Source of the DNA: Psilocybe cubensis
Lineage: Eukaryota
Length of the DNA: 64,000 nucleotides
Assembly (NCBI GenBank): GCA_017499595.2
Contig: CM039006.1
Location: forward strand, 930,001 to 994,000
Direction of reading: 5' to 3'
Positions 27,353-38,482 of the stretch are shown piece after piece. Both the position numbers and the translations under genes were made by a program. A model generated the notes under the pieces. That model was given only the letters and a program-made list of their open reading frames with translations, had not been told where the DNA came from and did not search any database. Numbering within the stretch: the stretch's first letter is position 1; every line of letters begins with the position of its first letter.

Positions 27353-30177
27353 ATGCCTGTCCCTTCTGAAGACCCTCTCGATGAGGTCCTCAAACCACCA
27401 CCGGACGAGACTCCAGAGCAGCGTGAACTCCGTCTCGAAAGAGAGGCAGAGGCAAAGCGCGTCAGTCTCGCGATCGATGCTAACATCAAGGCTGAGCGAC
27501 AAGCCCTCAGAAAGAAACGCATCGTCAGACTTTTATTGCTCGGCCAAAGCGAGTCTGGTGCGCACCGTCTTGTTTTCTCTTTCCTGTTTTATGATCCAAA
27601 TTACTCACAGTGTCCCCAAATCGCAGGTAAATCCACAACGTTGAGACGTGAGTATCCTGATGGCCTTTTCGTGACTACCAGATTCCAATTGTTCTCCAGA
27701 ATTTCAACGGTTATATACGCCGACCGCATTTCGCGAAGAACGAATTCTGTGGCGTGCAGTCATTCAACTCAACATTGTTCGTTCAATACGTATCATCCTC
27801 GATGCCCTATCTGGTCCGATGCCCAATTCACCATATTCATCGCCACGAGCACGAAACCGTAGTCTCTCCAGAGGTAGGGCGCCACCACTTCCGTCCAACT
27901 ATTCACCGCCCTTCCCACCACAGTCACATGCGCCAGACAACATGGACCAGATGGACTACCCCCGGCGCAATGGTCATGGTCATGACATGAACTTTTCATA
28001 TGTCAATCATCCTCTCTATCCCCCACGACAGCCCCAGAGACACCAGATACCACCAACACATCATTACAACGACCCCGATCTAGATGATGATTTAGACGAC
28101 TCCGACACAGATTTCGCCGTCGGAAACAACTCGTATCCCAGCTCTCCGCCCAACTTCAACGGCAGCCCACGATCGCACCCATCCGGTTCATCGACCACCA
28201 CGCTCGCCCAGAGCCCGTTGGAGGCCCTCAAAGCCCGGCTACTACCCTTGCGGCATATAGAAGCACTGCTCATTGCAAAGCTCGTTCCCCCCAATGAGGA
28301 AGAGGCGACACATCTTGCAGGGCCGAGCCATTACCAAAACGGACAACCTTCCCCAACCGACTCACAATTCTCACATCACACACTACACCATAATGGTCGA
28401 CCGTATAGACACCAAAGAAGCCAGTCGTATCGGAATCAGGAAATCTTCGTGCGTCCCGGACCTGGCTGGAAAGGTGGTCTGGCACGAGCCAGAGTAAACT
28501 TCCCAGACTACTCGGACGCGTCGTCGCAGAGCAGTAGTAATGGGCAGAGGCCCATGAGTGCCGGGAACACTGGGCTGGAGTCGCCAGACGAGCCGCAGGA
28601 GGTGTTGCACTCGTGTAAAAGGGACATGATCCAATTGTGGAACGATGAAGCGGTTAGGGACGTGCTTCGGAGAAGGAAAATTAGACTTGAAGATGCTAGT
28701 GGGTTGTGAGTCTGTGTTCGGCTCACCCTGCAATTTAGCGACATTGATTGGATCCACGCTTCTAGCTTCTTGGACGATCTTGAGCGGGTTACAGCACTGC
28801 GGTACATGCCTACCGACGACGATGTTCTCAAGGCACGATTAAAAACTGTTGGCGTATCGGAATACAAGTTTGAGATGGAGATCAGTGCGGGTAGGGAAAG
28901 TGGAACAGAGTGGAGAATAGTCGATGTCGGTGGGAGCCGTAGCCAAAGACGTACGTGTTTTGTTCCCTTACTTGAGAATGCCTCTGGTCTCAGCCGATTC
29001 TTCTCATGCAGCGACGTGGGCACCTTTCTTTGACGACGGTGAGCGATAACTTGAAACAAGCTACGCGTTTCTGTGCTTAGTTTCATTGAACAGTGGATGC
29101 TATCATCTTCCTGGCTCCTATCTCCGGATTCGACCAAGTCCTTGCCGAAGACAGGACTGTAAACCGCCTGGTATGGTTGTTTTTTGTGATTCATATAGAT
29201 TTCTGACAACTGTCACAGGAAGATTCTGTCTTGCTATGGAAAGACGTCTGTTCTTCGAAAATTCTGGCCAATGTGGATCTTGTTCTATTTCTTAACAAGT
29301 GTGATATCTTGGAGAAGAAGCTAAATTCAGGAATCAAGTATGTTCATCTCTTTCAATCTTCTAAATTTGTGTGTATTTTCTTTTTTGGTGCGACTGGACG
29401 GAGTGCCTCTACACGCCCCGAACCTTGCTGAACCAAGCCGTTGGCATTCACAAGCATTGAGCGGTTTCGCCCCAGGTACACCGGTGGATATTAATCTTGA
29501 GCCTCTAGTAGCGTGGCTTCTTGCCCGCCTTCAGTAGTGCTATTGTTGTGCGGCATTTTTTATCAGAAGATTTCCAGGGGGCACATATTTTTCACCCATT
29601 CATGCTATTTTTGGACGCATACTTTTGTTTGGATCATCTTTTACAATCCATTTCATTTTCATCTTTTGCCTTCTTCTCCTTTCTATCTCACATCGCCAAG
29701 GCACATATGCTCGCGATGTATTTCTTATCTTGAATACATTTCTCATCTCTTTTTTCTTCTCTCCACAGACTGGCGAAATATGTCCGGAGTTATGGCGACC
29801 GGCCGAACGACTTGGACAGTGTTAGCAAATGTGAGTTCGAAACGGTTTTGCTCAACTCCGCCCATATGCATTGTACAATCACGCAAAACCTCGGTTCGGC
29901 TGCTGACTTGGTTTCTTTCTTTCGTGCATGGCGTTCTATGATACTGCGCATATATAGACCTTCGTGGAAAGTTTAGCGCGATCCATCGAGAATATTCGCC
30001 GAACCCAAGGAAATTTTATGCGTTTTGCACAAGTGTGACTGATACGGTGACCACCGCTGGAATTATTGCTAGTGGTAAGCTATCAATCCTTCCTTTTGTT
30101 TTTCAGAGCCTGACACGATGCATATAGTGCGCGATATGGTTATACGACAGCATCTAAAGCAATCAAAGCTCTTATAA
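27353..30177 (+). CDS. Atypical heterotrimeric G-protein alpha subunit (basidiomycete Gpa4-like), multi-exon
   Basis: LLLLGQSESGKSTT, DDDVLKARLKTVG, DVGGSRSQR, LFLNKCD and FCTSVTD, with a large low-complexity insertion in the helical domain. Confidence 0.88.
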
Positions 30178-33100
30178 CTTCATGGAGATCGTACTCAACT
30201 CGTCTCACGGACGCGAACCGCAACCGCGAATGACCCACATTGGTCTTGGCCCCCCAACACATCGATCACCAAGGAAATCACATTTTTATCCATTTGTATA
30301 TTTCATTCATGCAACAAGTATCTGGCTGGGGTCGTTTATGATTTCTACGAAACGACTCTTATCTCTTGTAACCCTAGGCCCCAACATAGCGACGCCGACG
30401 ACAATCTATACGACAAATTATGAACTGTCTCTTTGCTTTCCTGTTTTTCTTTAATTTCCATTTCCCTAGGAGGATAGGATATGCTTTTTGGGGATTAACC
30501 GCTCTTTCCCTTCTGCGCTGTGGTTTTTCATTTCTCTTGCTCTACTCGAGTTATATACTCGGATATATGGTTTATCTCTATCCCCATTCTCACCATCGTC
30601 ACAACACACCATCGTCAACCTCCTTTTCCTGTTGGATACCGAAATCCCCCAGACCACGACTTCTCTGTCGTAATAGACGCTTTTTAACCCATGCAATCTA
30701 CTATCCGATCTCTCCTGCATATACTTTCTTTTTCCTGCTATCTTCCAATTCACGGATCGTTATATCAAAATAGCAAATAGGTTCACATTTGAATTCAATG
30801 CAACACTGCATCAATTGGGTTGCCGCAATATCATGACTTGCTGCCTAATCCTTCATGTTGCCAATGCGTGCTAACTTGATTTTTTTAAGTGCATTCGAAA
30901 GGTACACTTCTCTGATCCGTTCGCGAGGCTGAAGTTCCTGGCCCCTGTGCTTCGAGTCCACCCCGCGCACTTCTTTGCTTCTTTGCTTCTTGTTGCCAAG
31001 TCGTTGTGCAATATGTACACATATCTATAGGTTTTCAACAGGGTCTTAGCCTCGGAGACTATCGTCGACTTCACCTTTTTGGGCTTTTACTCGCAAAGAT
31101 TAAATCAAAGTGATCAAAAATAGGAATAGACTCGAGTAGGTTGGTACTTTATTTCCAGGCCAAGTCTCTCTTCAATGATACCCTGATTAGGTCTTTTTAA
31201 ATAAAACGCGCGCAAAGCTTGAATCTACCTGAATCTATATTCCGAACCGGTATCTCACAAGAAGGGCCCGGCTTCCAACGAGCCACTCCTTTATAAATTA
31301 TACACACCCACGTCCATGATCAGCTGCACCATATCCCATGGCGCAACCCGCTTGTACCCGTTCGGCTCGTTTTTAGGCAAGTCGTTGTGAATTGTACATG
31401 TCAGTGAGGTCACTTGTGATCATCTGGGTCCCTCTTGCATCCTACGGCCTGGCGCAACGCGCTCCCTGCCTTAATGCCTTTTGCGTTTGCCAATCTGGGT
31501 TATAATAAAGTTGTAGCACAATCGCACACCAGGGAAGTGCTGAAAAAAACCAACGCCGTTTGACCCTTAGTAGGCAGATGTACATGTGCTCCAGAGGGGC
31601 TTGTGCACTGGGATGCCAATCATGTCGTCTCAGCAGAGCGTGAGAAGGTCTGATAATGAGGCTGCCTTTCTGAAAGCGTACGCTCCCATTATTCTTTTCC
31701 CGTTTATTCGCTAGCGGCTCTAAGTATGGTTTAGCATCTATCTGCGCGTTCCCAGCTTACTTGTTTTATTAATTTTGTGGATTGTCTGGCCTCGGACGAC
31801 CATATTGTCGTCAATCACATGGCTCTGGCAGGGTGCCGCCCAGCCTGCGACTAGGCATCAGTTTTATCACTCAGATAATGAATTCGTTTCATTGAATTCA
31901 TTCCCACTCACTCTAAATCGAGCTCCCAATACTAACACCCCTCCTTCCCTGTTTATTCAGAGTATATGCTAAATGGTGACTGATGTTGATATTTCATACA
32001 TAATTATTGATGGTTTTATTCAGAACAGAAGAACATGGCAGGTTTCTGATAAGTTACGCATGTTCATCCCGAGCCGCAGTGATATTAGCACACGTCCAAA
32101 TGATTTGAAACCAAGGGTGCTTCCGTCTCAGCGGGATTCGAATTTTTGTCGCTTTGAGGGCCGGGACTGAGGTGTGATAACCACAATGCTCGGCGGTATG
32201 GTTCGTCAAACGCCACCAACTTTTCCCAGTGATGCAGGCTAGCCTGCATCTATGATTACACGCCGGCATTACTTCTGCGTTGTAGATGATCATTCAGTTG
32301 TGAATGACCTTGTTAGCGACAGTGATGTTCTGGCCATAAACCAGTCCGGCAGAAAGTACCGTGTGGTCCACCAAATGCAAGATAGCATTTTTACGGCTCC
32401 TCGTTGAAGATGTACCTTTGTCCCTTCTTGCAGCTGTTCCTATTTTTATCAAGTTATAATGAGAGTATGCGTATAAAAATGGATAATCACCGTGGATTTA
32501 CAGAACATGTATTCAATGTGGCATGGTGCCCTGTACCTTGGACTTCCTAAATCACCGAATCTTCTTGATAACACTAGCAATCAAAATCCATAGCTGGTTC
32601 AGCTCATTGGCTCTCAACAGTTCGAAGTGCAACAGAAGAAGCAATGCGGATCGAATACCGGTTTCCCCAAGTTTAACGTTACTATAAAGACCTACCTCGA
32701 ATCTCCTTTTGCCTGGATGTGCTATTGATTCGGATCAACTGCAAGTAATGTTAACGGCAGCGAACAAAGAAGACGTTGTCCCATACATTGCCCCCCGATT
32801 GATTCGGTGGAGTGCGCTTTTTGGATTACAGGGGGAGAAGAGGTGGTACAGCATAGCTTCTTTAAGAAAACAAACAGCAAAGACTTTACAAAATACAATG
32901 TGTCCAGGTATTAATTTTATACAGGTTTAAGCGCCCAACCAGAATGTAAGAGTCATTCCATCCTCTCTTTCTCGGACTCAAAAAAGTTTTATGGTAACTC
33001 GAAGAATAATAAACCTGAAGGCTGAGAGGCCAACAAAATAGTTTTATCATCCACCGTTTATATGACCGATAAATCTCCACATGTAAATATTAAGTGTACA

Positions 33101-33199
33101 GTACTTATTTATGATCAGTTGAGGTATACGATGGAAGGCATTAGAACCTTGCCGCTCTTCCATTCGGATACACAACCTTTTCGGCTTGGAGTTTCCCGT

Positions 33200-35221
33200 T
33201 CATTCACGCTCCTGATTTGGGTGTATCTTTGTGATACCTTTTTCTATTGCATCTGCCCTTTGAGCTGGGTCAATATTTTCTTTATTTAACGCTTTACCGT
33301 TCCAATTTCCTAAAGGAACGGCTCTAAGGACTTGACGGCGATAACTCTGTAACCATGGAGATGAAAGAGCCTTGGTGAAGGTCGCCCGAAGAGAAGGGAT
33401 AAAATGAAGAAAATCTGCGGTAAAGACTTGGGCTAATAATTTGCGATGTAGCTATAATCATCTTCTATAAAAGTCTGACAATTGACAATCATACCTTCAC
33501 GGGTGATCCTATTGGATTTAAGTGTCGTACTTGGAAGCAAGCATTGAGCATTCAGGTTCCTATGAGTGGTAAACCTGCGGTCATATATAAAAATAGGAAC
33601 ATGTCAGAGGTCCTATAGGGTGCGTACATGAACAACAGCGTTATTCCCATGCTCCAGCAGTCGACTAAGTGGCTGTAACCTTCAGAAGGTAATATCAATA
33701 TTTCTGGTGCCCAAAAGAGTTTAGTTCCGACTTTGTCCTGTGGAAAATCCAATAAACTTATGCATATAGAGGGAAGAGCGAAGCTCTTACAGTCATGACG
33801 GATGTTTCACCAAAAAATTCAGCGGCACCAAAATCGGTAATTTTTACGACAGGGGTTTTATCGTTGGTTAAGAGTATATTCTAGCAATTGTTAGACTGTC
33901 AACGTTATTTGGCAGGTGAACAAGGGGGCTGATTTCTAACCTCTGGCTTGAGATCCCGGTGCACAACACCTTTTGAGTGGGCGTACTGACAATTTAATAT
34001 CAATGTATGTTAGCAGAACACCAGTATAGGTACCTACTTCCATAGCGGAACATATTTGGTATGCAATAGCTTTAATATCGCCTTCAGCTAAAATGAGATG
34101 ACTTTATCAGATACTACTAAGGTCTTGGAGTCAGAAAAGTGTACAAAGGTTATTGCGTATGTTTGCATGGATATATTCATAGAGATTGCCTCCCGCTGCA
34201 TATTCCATTACAATGTCTATGCAACCAAAAATCCAAATCAGAATTCCAGCATGTCCAAATAATATTCAGAGTAGCTTACGGGTTATATTTCCAATATCAA
34301 AAAACACTTCCTCAATCCGACAAATACCTGGGTGATCCCGGAGGGCCTCCATAGCCGAGATTTCGTGAGTTAACCTCAAATTTTCTGGTAATTCTAAATT
34401 AAATGGATCAGCTTTAATTGTTTTAACGGCATGAATTGTTCCCTTTATGCGGTGAACTGTTAAGTTGACCACACCAAATGCACCAGAGCCTAAACCTTTG
34501 CCATGATTGATATCGTAGGTCCCTGCCAAAGACGCCGTGAGATCCGAATAGAATATGTAGGCTGGATGTACAGTATGAGTAGAACACTACATAGCGCTGG
34601 ATAGCGAGCTTCACATACTGCGCATCCGAGTAGGAAGACCGGTGAGAGAATGTGTACCAAATTGGATCAAATCTCCTCTATAGATTGTGTAGCATTCTTC
34701 TACAGCCAGATATCTTCCCATGTCTCCGCGTTGTACCTGCATTGCAAGCAATAGTCAAGCCAAAAGTCCTTTGAATAATACGGTGTAGATTCTTAACTTA
34801 CGCATATTGATAAGTCCCTTGAGAGGTTTTGAATTACGAATGTGTCTTTGCCATCCCAGGCAATCTCACAATGTAGGTCACCTGAAAGAATATGTTTAGG
34901 ACAAGGGACTTGATGAGTATCAAATCAATGTCACATACTTATATCTGGTATTAGAATATTGCCTATAACGCTAGAAGGCGGAATTTGATTATTCAGTCGC
35001 CCAAATCTGTACCTCCAGAAAACTTTGCGCAGATCAATTCGAGAACAATTTCCGTCTATAGGATACAAGGAGGCCCAAGGTGTTTGCACTGGACTTTCCA
35101 GTTGTTGAATACAGGCCAATAGTTGCCTGCGCTGGTCAGAATTATGAAACCCGGAGTGAACGTATTGTATTTGAGAAAGAAAATATCGGTAGGGCAACGA
35201 AGCAGTTGCAGAGGAATCCAT
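33200..35221 (-). CDS. Divergent FHA-domain Ser/Thr kinase (Chk2/Rad53/Dun1/Mek1-like), many short exons; 3' end approximate
   Basis: FHA-like YRFGR...SDLHCEI. Kinase motifs LGSGAFGVV, HAVK, VVHRDLKPENILL, DFGAA, VGTKLFWAPE, DCWSMG and a subdomain-XI-like PSLRATFTKALSSPWL. Confidence 0.7.
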
Positions 35222-35867
35222 CCGTTGCAAGAGATGTAGTAGGTAGTAGTCAGTGTTTGACGGTACTGGTGTATTTATGCAGTGCGTAGGATGTGGCACA
35301 TATTTTCTACAGGAGATCGATTTTCATGCCACCCGACGTGTTTTTAGCTGTCACAAAAGCAATAGTCATAGTGTTTCCATGTAACACAAAGGAGATGGGT
35401 GGGTCAAAGCCATAATGCCAATCGTGTTAGCGCGCGTTTGCAAGATTGGCAAGGTTTTAGCAACTTCTCTCATGGTCCGTTACCAGTAAGCCAGTGTGAG
35501 ACGGTTTTCCCAGAGCGTGAGTTCTTCTCTCACTTCGGGCAGCTTTGGTGTATACATAGTAGAAAACCTCAGTCTTCGATGTTATCGGTTCGAAAAGACA
35601 ACATTAAGCAAACCAATGTCGATGAGCCAAGTATAGATGAACAATATAAATCCACTATCTGAGAGCGGCCAGAAAAGCGAGGCGAGACATTGAGTCAACT
35701 AGTCACAGGTGGCACAGGGTTTTGCACAGAGCAAGGTTAAATTGGTTTATGGAATTTTCCGAAATGTGACGACACGGATACACTGCAGGCTACGATACAT
35801 GTTTGATGTCAAACATCGACAATCAAACAGATATTATGTATGATGTAGATGTTTGATGTCACGCACA

Positions 35868-36413
35868 TATTGTGTTTGACAACAAACAGGCTTCAAACAT
35901 AAATTGTGTTTGAACTCTGTGTGACATCAAACACCAAATATGTTTGAGCACTGTTTGTTAAAAAATATTAGCCTGACATAATTCCTGTTTGAATAGCTGT
36001 ATGATAAGGTTCTGTAAGAGATCAACCAGATAATCCGTATCTTATCTAACATGAATATCAAACATACTTTATGTAAGCATTCAACCAGAATATTTGTCCG
36101 AAATCAAACAATTATCAAACATCCATTTTTTCTCGCATCTGATTGGTTCATACATATCTGTTTGGCAATCTGTTTGATTTCGGACAAATATTCTGGTTGA
36201 ATGCTTACATAAAATATGTTTGATATTCATGTTAGATAAGATACGGATTATCTGGTTGATCTCTTACAGAACCTTATCATACAGATATTCAAACAGGAAT
36301 TATGTCAGGCTAATATTTTTTAACAAACAGTGCTCAAACATATTTGGTGTTTAATGTCACACAGAGTTCAAACACAATTTATGTTTGAAGCCTGTTTGTT
36401 GTCAAACACAATA
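35868..36413. repeat. Long foldback inverted repeat / MITE-like element: 243-bp arms (35868-36110 and 36171-36413) with a 60-bp spacer
   Basis: The arms are reverse complements with about 3 mismatches by eye and are rich in TCAAACA/TGTTTGA. The outermost TA could be a TA target duplication. Confidence 0.9.
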
Positions 36414-36494
36414 CATCAACTAAACAGACAGTAGATTACAAAGCAATGTAATCCAATACAATATTTTTTTAGTCTTACAAACCCACCCAATTTT

Positions 36495-36812
36495 CACATA
36501 AGACAGTTTATTTATAACGTACATTACCTAAGATTTAATAATAAGGATATTACGTGACATACGGTGGATTTACTCCCGCTACCTAATTAGGAGATTAGCG
36601 TGATGTACGTGTGATTTAGCCTGGCAAATCATAGCGTACATGACGTGCCATTTAGCGCTAAATGGAGCCGCCGGGTGGCCTGCGGGATCCGCGCGTCTAC
36701 CTACACGGAAGAAACACGGGCCGGAAATGAGCCGGACGGGTCCATTTGCATCCCGTGTATTGCAAGCAGACGGATCCGCTTGACCCGTGTTGTGCTGTCA
36801 GACGGACCCATT
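36495..36812 (+). repeat. Left terminal inverted repeat of the KDZ element (318 bp)
   Basis: Reverse complement of 51746-52063; contains the perfect 18-bp palindrome CCATTTAGCGCTAAATGG (36648-36665). Confidence 0.95.
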
Positions 36813-36890
36813 TGACCCGTATCTTCCCAGAGAGGGAGGGATATTTGAGAGGTATTGCGAATCAATGAGCACAAGGGCTCCAAAAATAAT

Positions 36891-38176
36891 TTATTCATCT
36901 CTACCGGTATACAAATGCTTTTCCAAACTCGATTCAATCCCTGCCAGCCCAGCGTCAATTTCCTCCAGCGCATTATAAGTCAGAATTTCTGACTGCAGCT
37001 GATGCAGGCGGAGGTTCTTAAACGTTGTGACCTTGCTGTCATAACTATTGTCGCCGACGGAACTGTCGATTATTTGGTCGTATGTTGCCCGTAGCTGCTG
37101 CTCGGTATAATTCTAAAATAGTTGTCAGTATCTAGTGCTTGGTAATATCTGAGTGCATACATATAGAAAAGGAGGGTTAAAATATGCCGTCTGATCTGTC
37201 ACATCCTCGAACTCAATGTCAGACTGGGTGGGAGGCGAACCGGGGTAGCCGCCCATGGGATCAAACCTGCCGTAGGTTCGAAAATAAGGGTTTTGAAGGA
37301 GCAGGTGGCATGCTTCAGGGGGTGGAGAATAGCGACCTTGCTTCCTCTCAGAGGAAATAGCTGGACGAGAGTCCATAATGATTTTGTCGACGACAGACGT
37401 GTATGAAACATGTGCTGCCATCAACGGCGGAGCCACATCATCCCGGATGACAGGCATAGGTGGAGGATCCAGGGTATCTGGAATAACAGGCATAGGGGGA
37501 GGAGCCAGGGTAGGTGGAATGACAGGCATAGGGGGAGGAGCTAGGTTATCTGGAATGATTGGCATTGGCGGCGGAGCCGTGTCGTTCCGGATGACAGGCA
37601 TTGGCGGCGGAGCCGTGTCGTTCCGGATGACAGGCATTGGCGGCGGAGCCGTGTCATTCCGGATGACTGGCATTGGCGGCGGAGCCAGGTCTTTCCGGAT
37701 GACTGGCATAGGGGGCGGAGCCAGGTTAGCTGGAATAACAGGCATAGGGGGTGGAGCCAGGTTAGCTGGAATTACTGGCATTGGCGGCGGAGCCAGGTCT
37801 TTCCGGATGACTGGCATAGGGGGCGGAGCCAGGTTAGATGAAATGACTGGCATAGGGGGAGGAGCCAGGTTATCTGGAATAACAGGCATAGGGGGTGGAG
37901 CCAGGTTATCTGGAATGACTGGCATTGGCGGCGGAGCCAGGTCATCCGTCCTTGCTGTGCGTTTGCTTTCCTTAGAGTTGCTAATATTTGAAGACATTGC
38001 TGATGCTCAGAAATCAATTAAAATTTACTTGAATTAATGCCATTAGTCTTACATTTTATAGGTTTTACGGGAGGAGGTTCCTTCAGTTTTTCAAGAAGCC
38101 TGGTAAGATTGTTGAGACTGGTGTAGTCAATGGGGGAATTTTTGCTAGAGGTGGGAATAAAGTTGTAGGAGGACAT
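36891..38176 (-). CDS. KDZ-element accessory protein containing a 12-aa Pro-rich tandem repeat; probably 3 exons
   Basis: ORF 37125-37997 plus an upstream exon (MSSYNF..., ATG 38176) and a downstream exon (NYTEQQLRATYDQ...GRDE*, stop 36891), joined by GT-AG introns. Confidence 0.62.
37420..37948 (-). repeat. Coding 36-bp minisatellite (xxx[LT]APPPMPVI), 14 full copies plus 1 partial
   Basis: Counted from the translation of ORF 37125-37997. Confidence 0.92.
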
Positions 38177-38482
38177 ACAGTCCAGAAAGTGCAACTGGGT
38201 GGGCTTGTTTATATATCTCACGGAATACAATACTATCCGAGGATTCTCCATGACACGGAAATAGATTCACCCGTGTATCGAACTTAGCAACTTTTGCACA
38301 AACTGGATCTGGTGAAGAAATCACATGACTCAGATTGTACATGTTTGTGTATGGTTTTGTTTTGCGGGACCGCTTTTTTTTAGACTTTTTTTAGACTAAC
38401 TCCAACCACGATCACCACCCTCACGTTCTACCGTGCCTCACCACTTTAACGCGTCTTCCCCCATAAAAACACGCTTTTTTCA

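Noticed and set aside
30800..33100. Possible gene remnant (two short HNDL-containing readings on the - strand near 31000 and 31390)
   Set aside because: Too short and fragmentary to support a call without a homology search.
37378..38037. 219-aa + strand ORF of GIGGGA repeats
   Set aside because: Antisense shadow of the Pro-rich 36-bp minisatellite; the - strand has splice signals and flanking exons.
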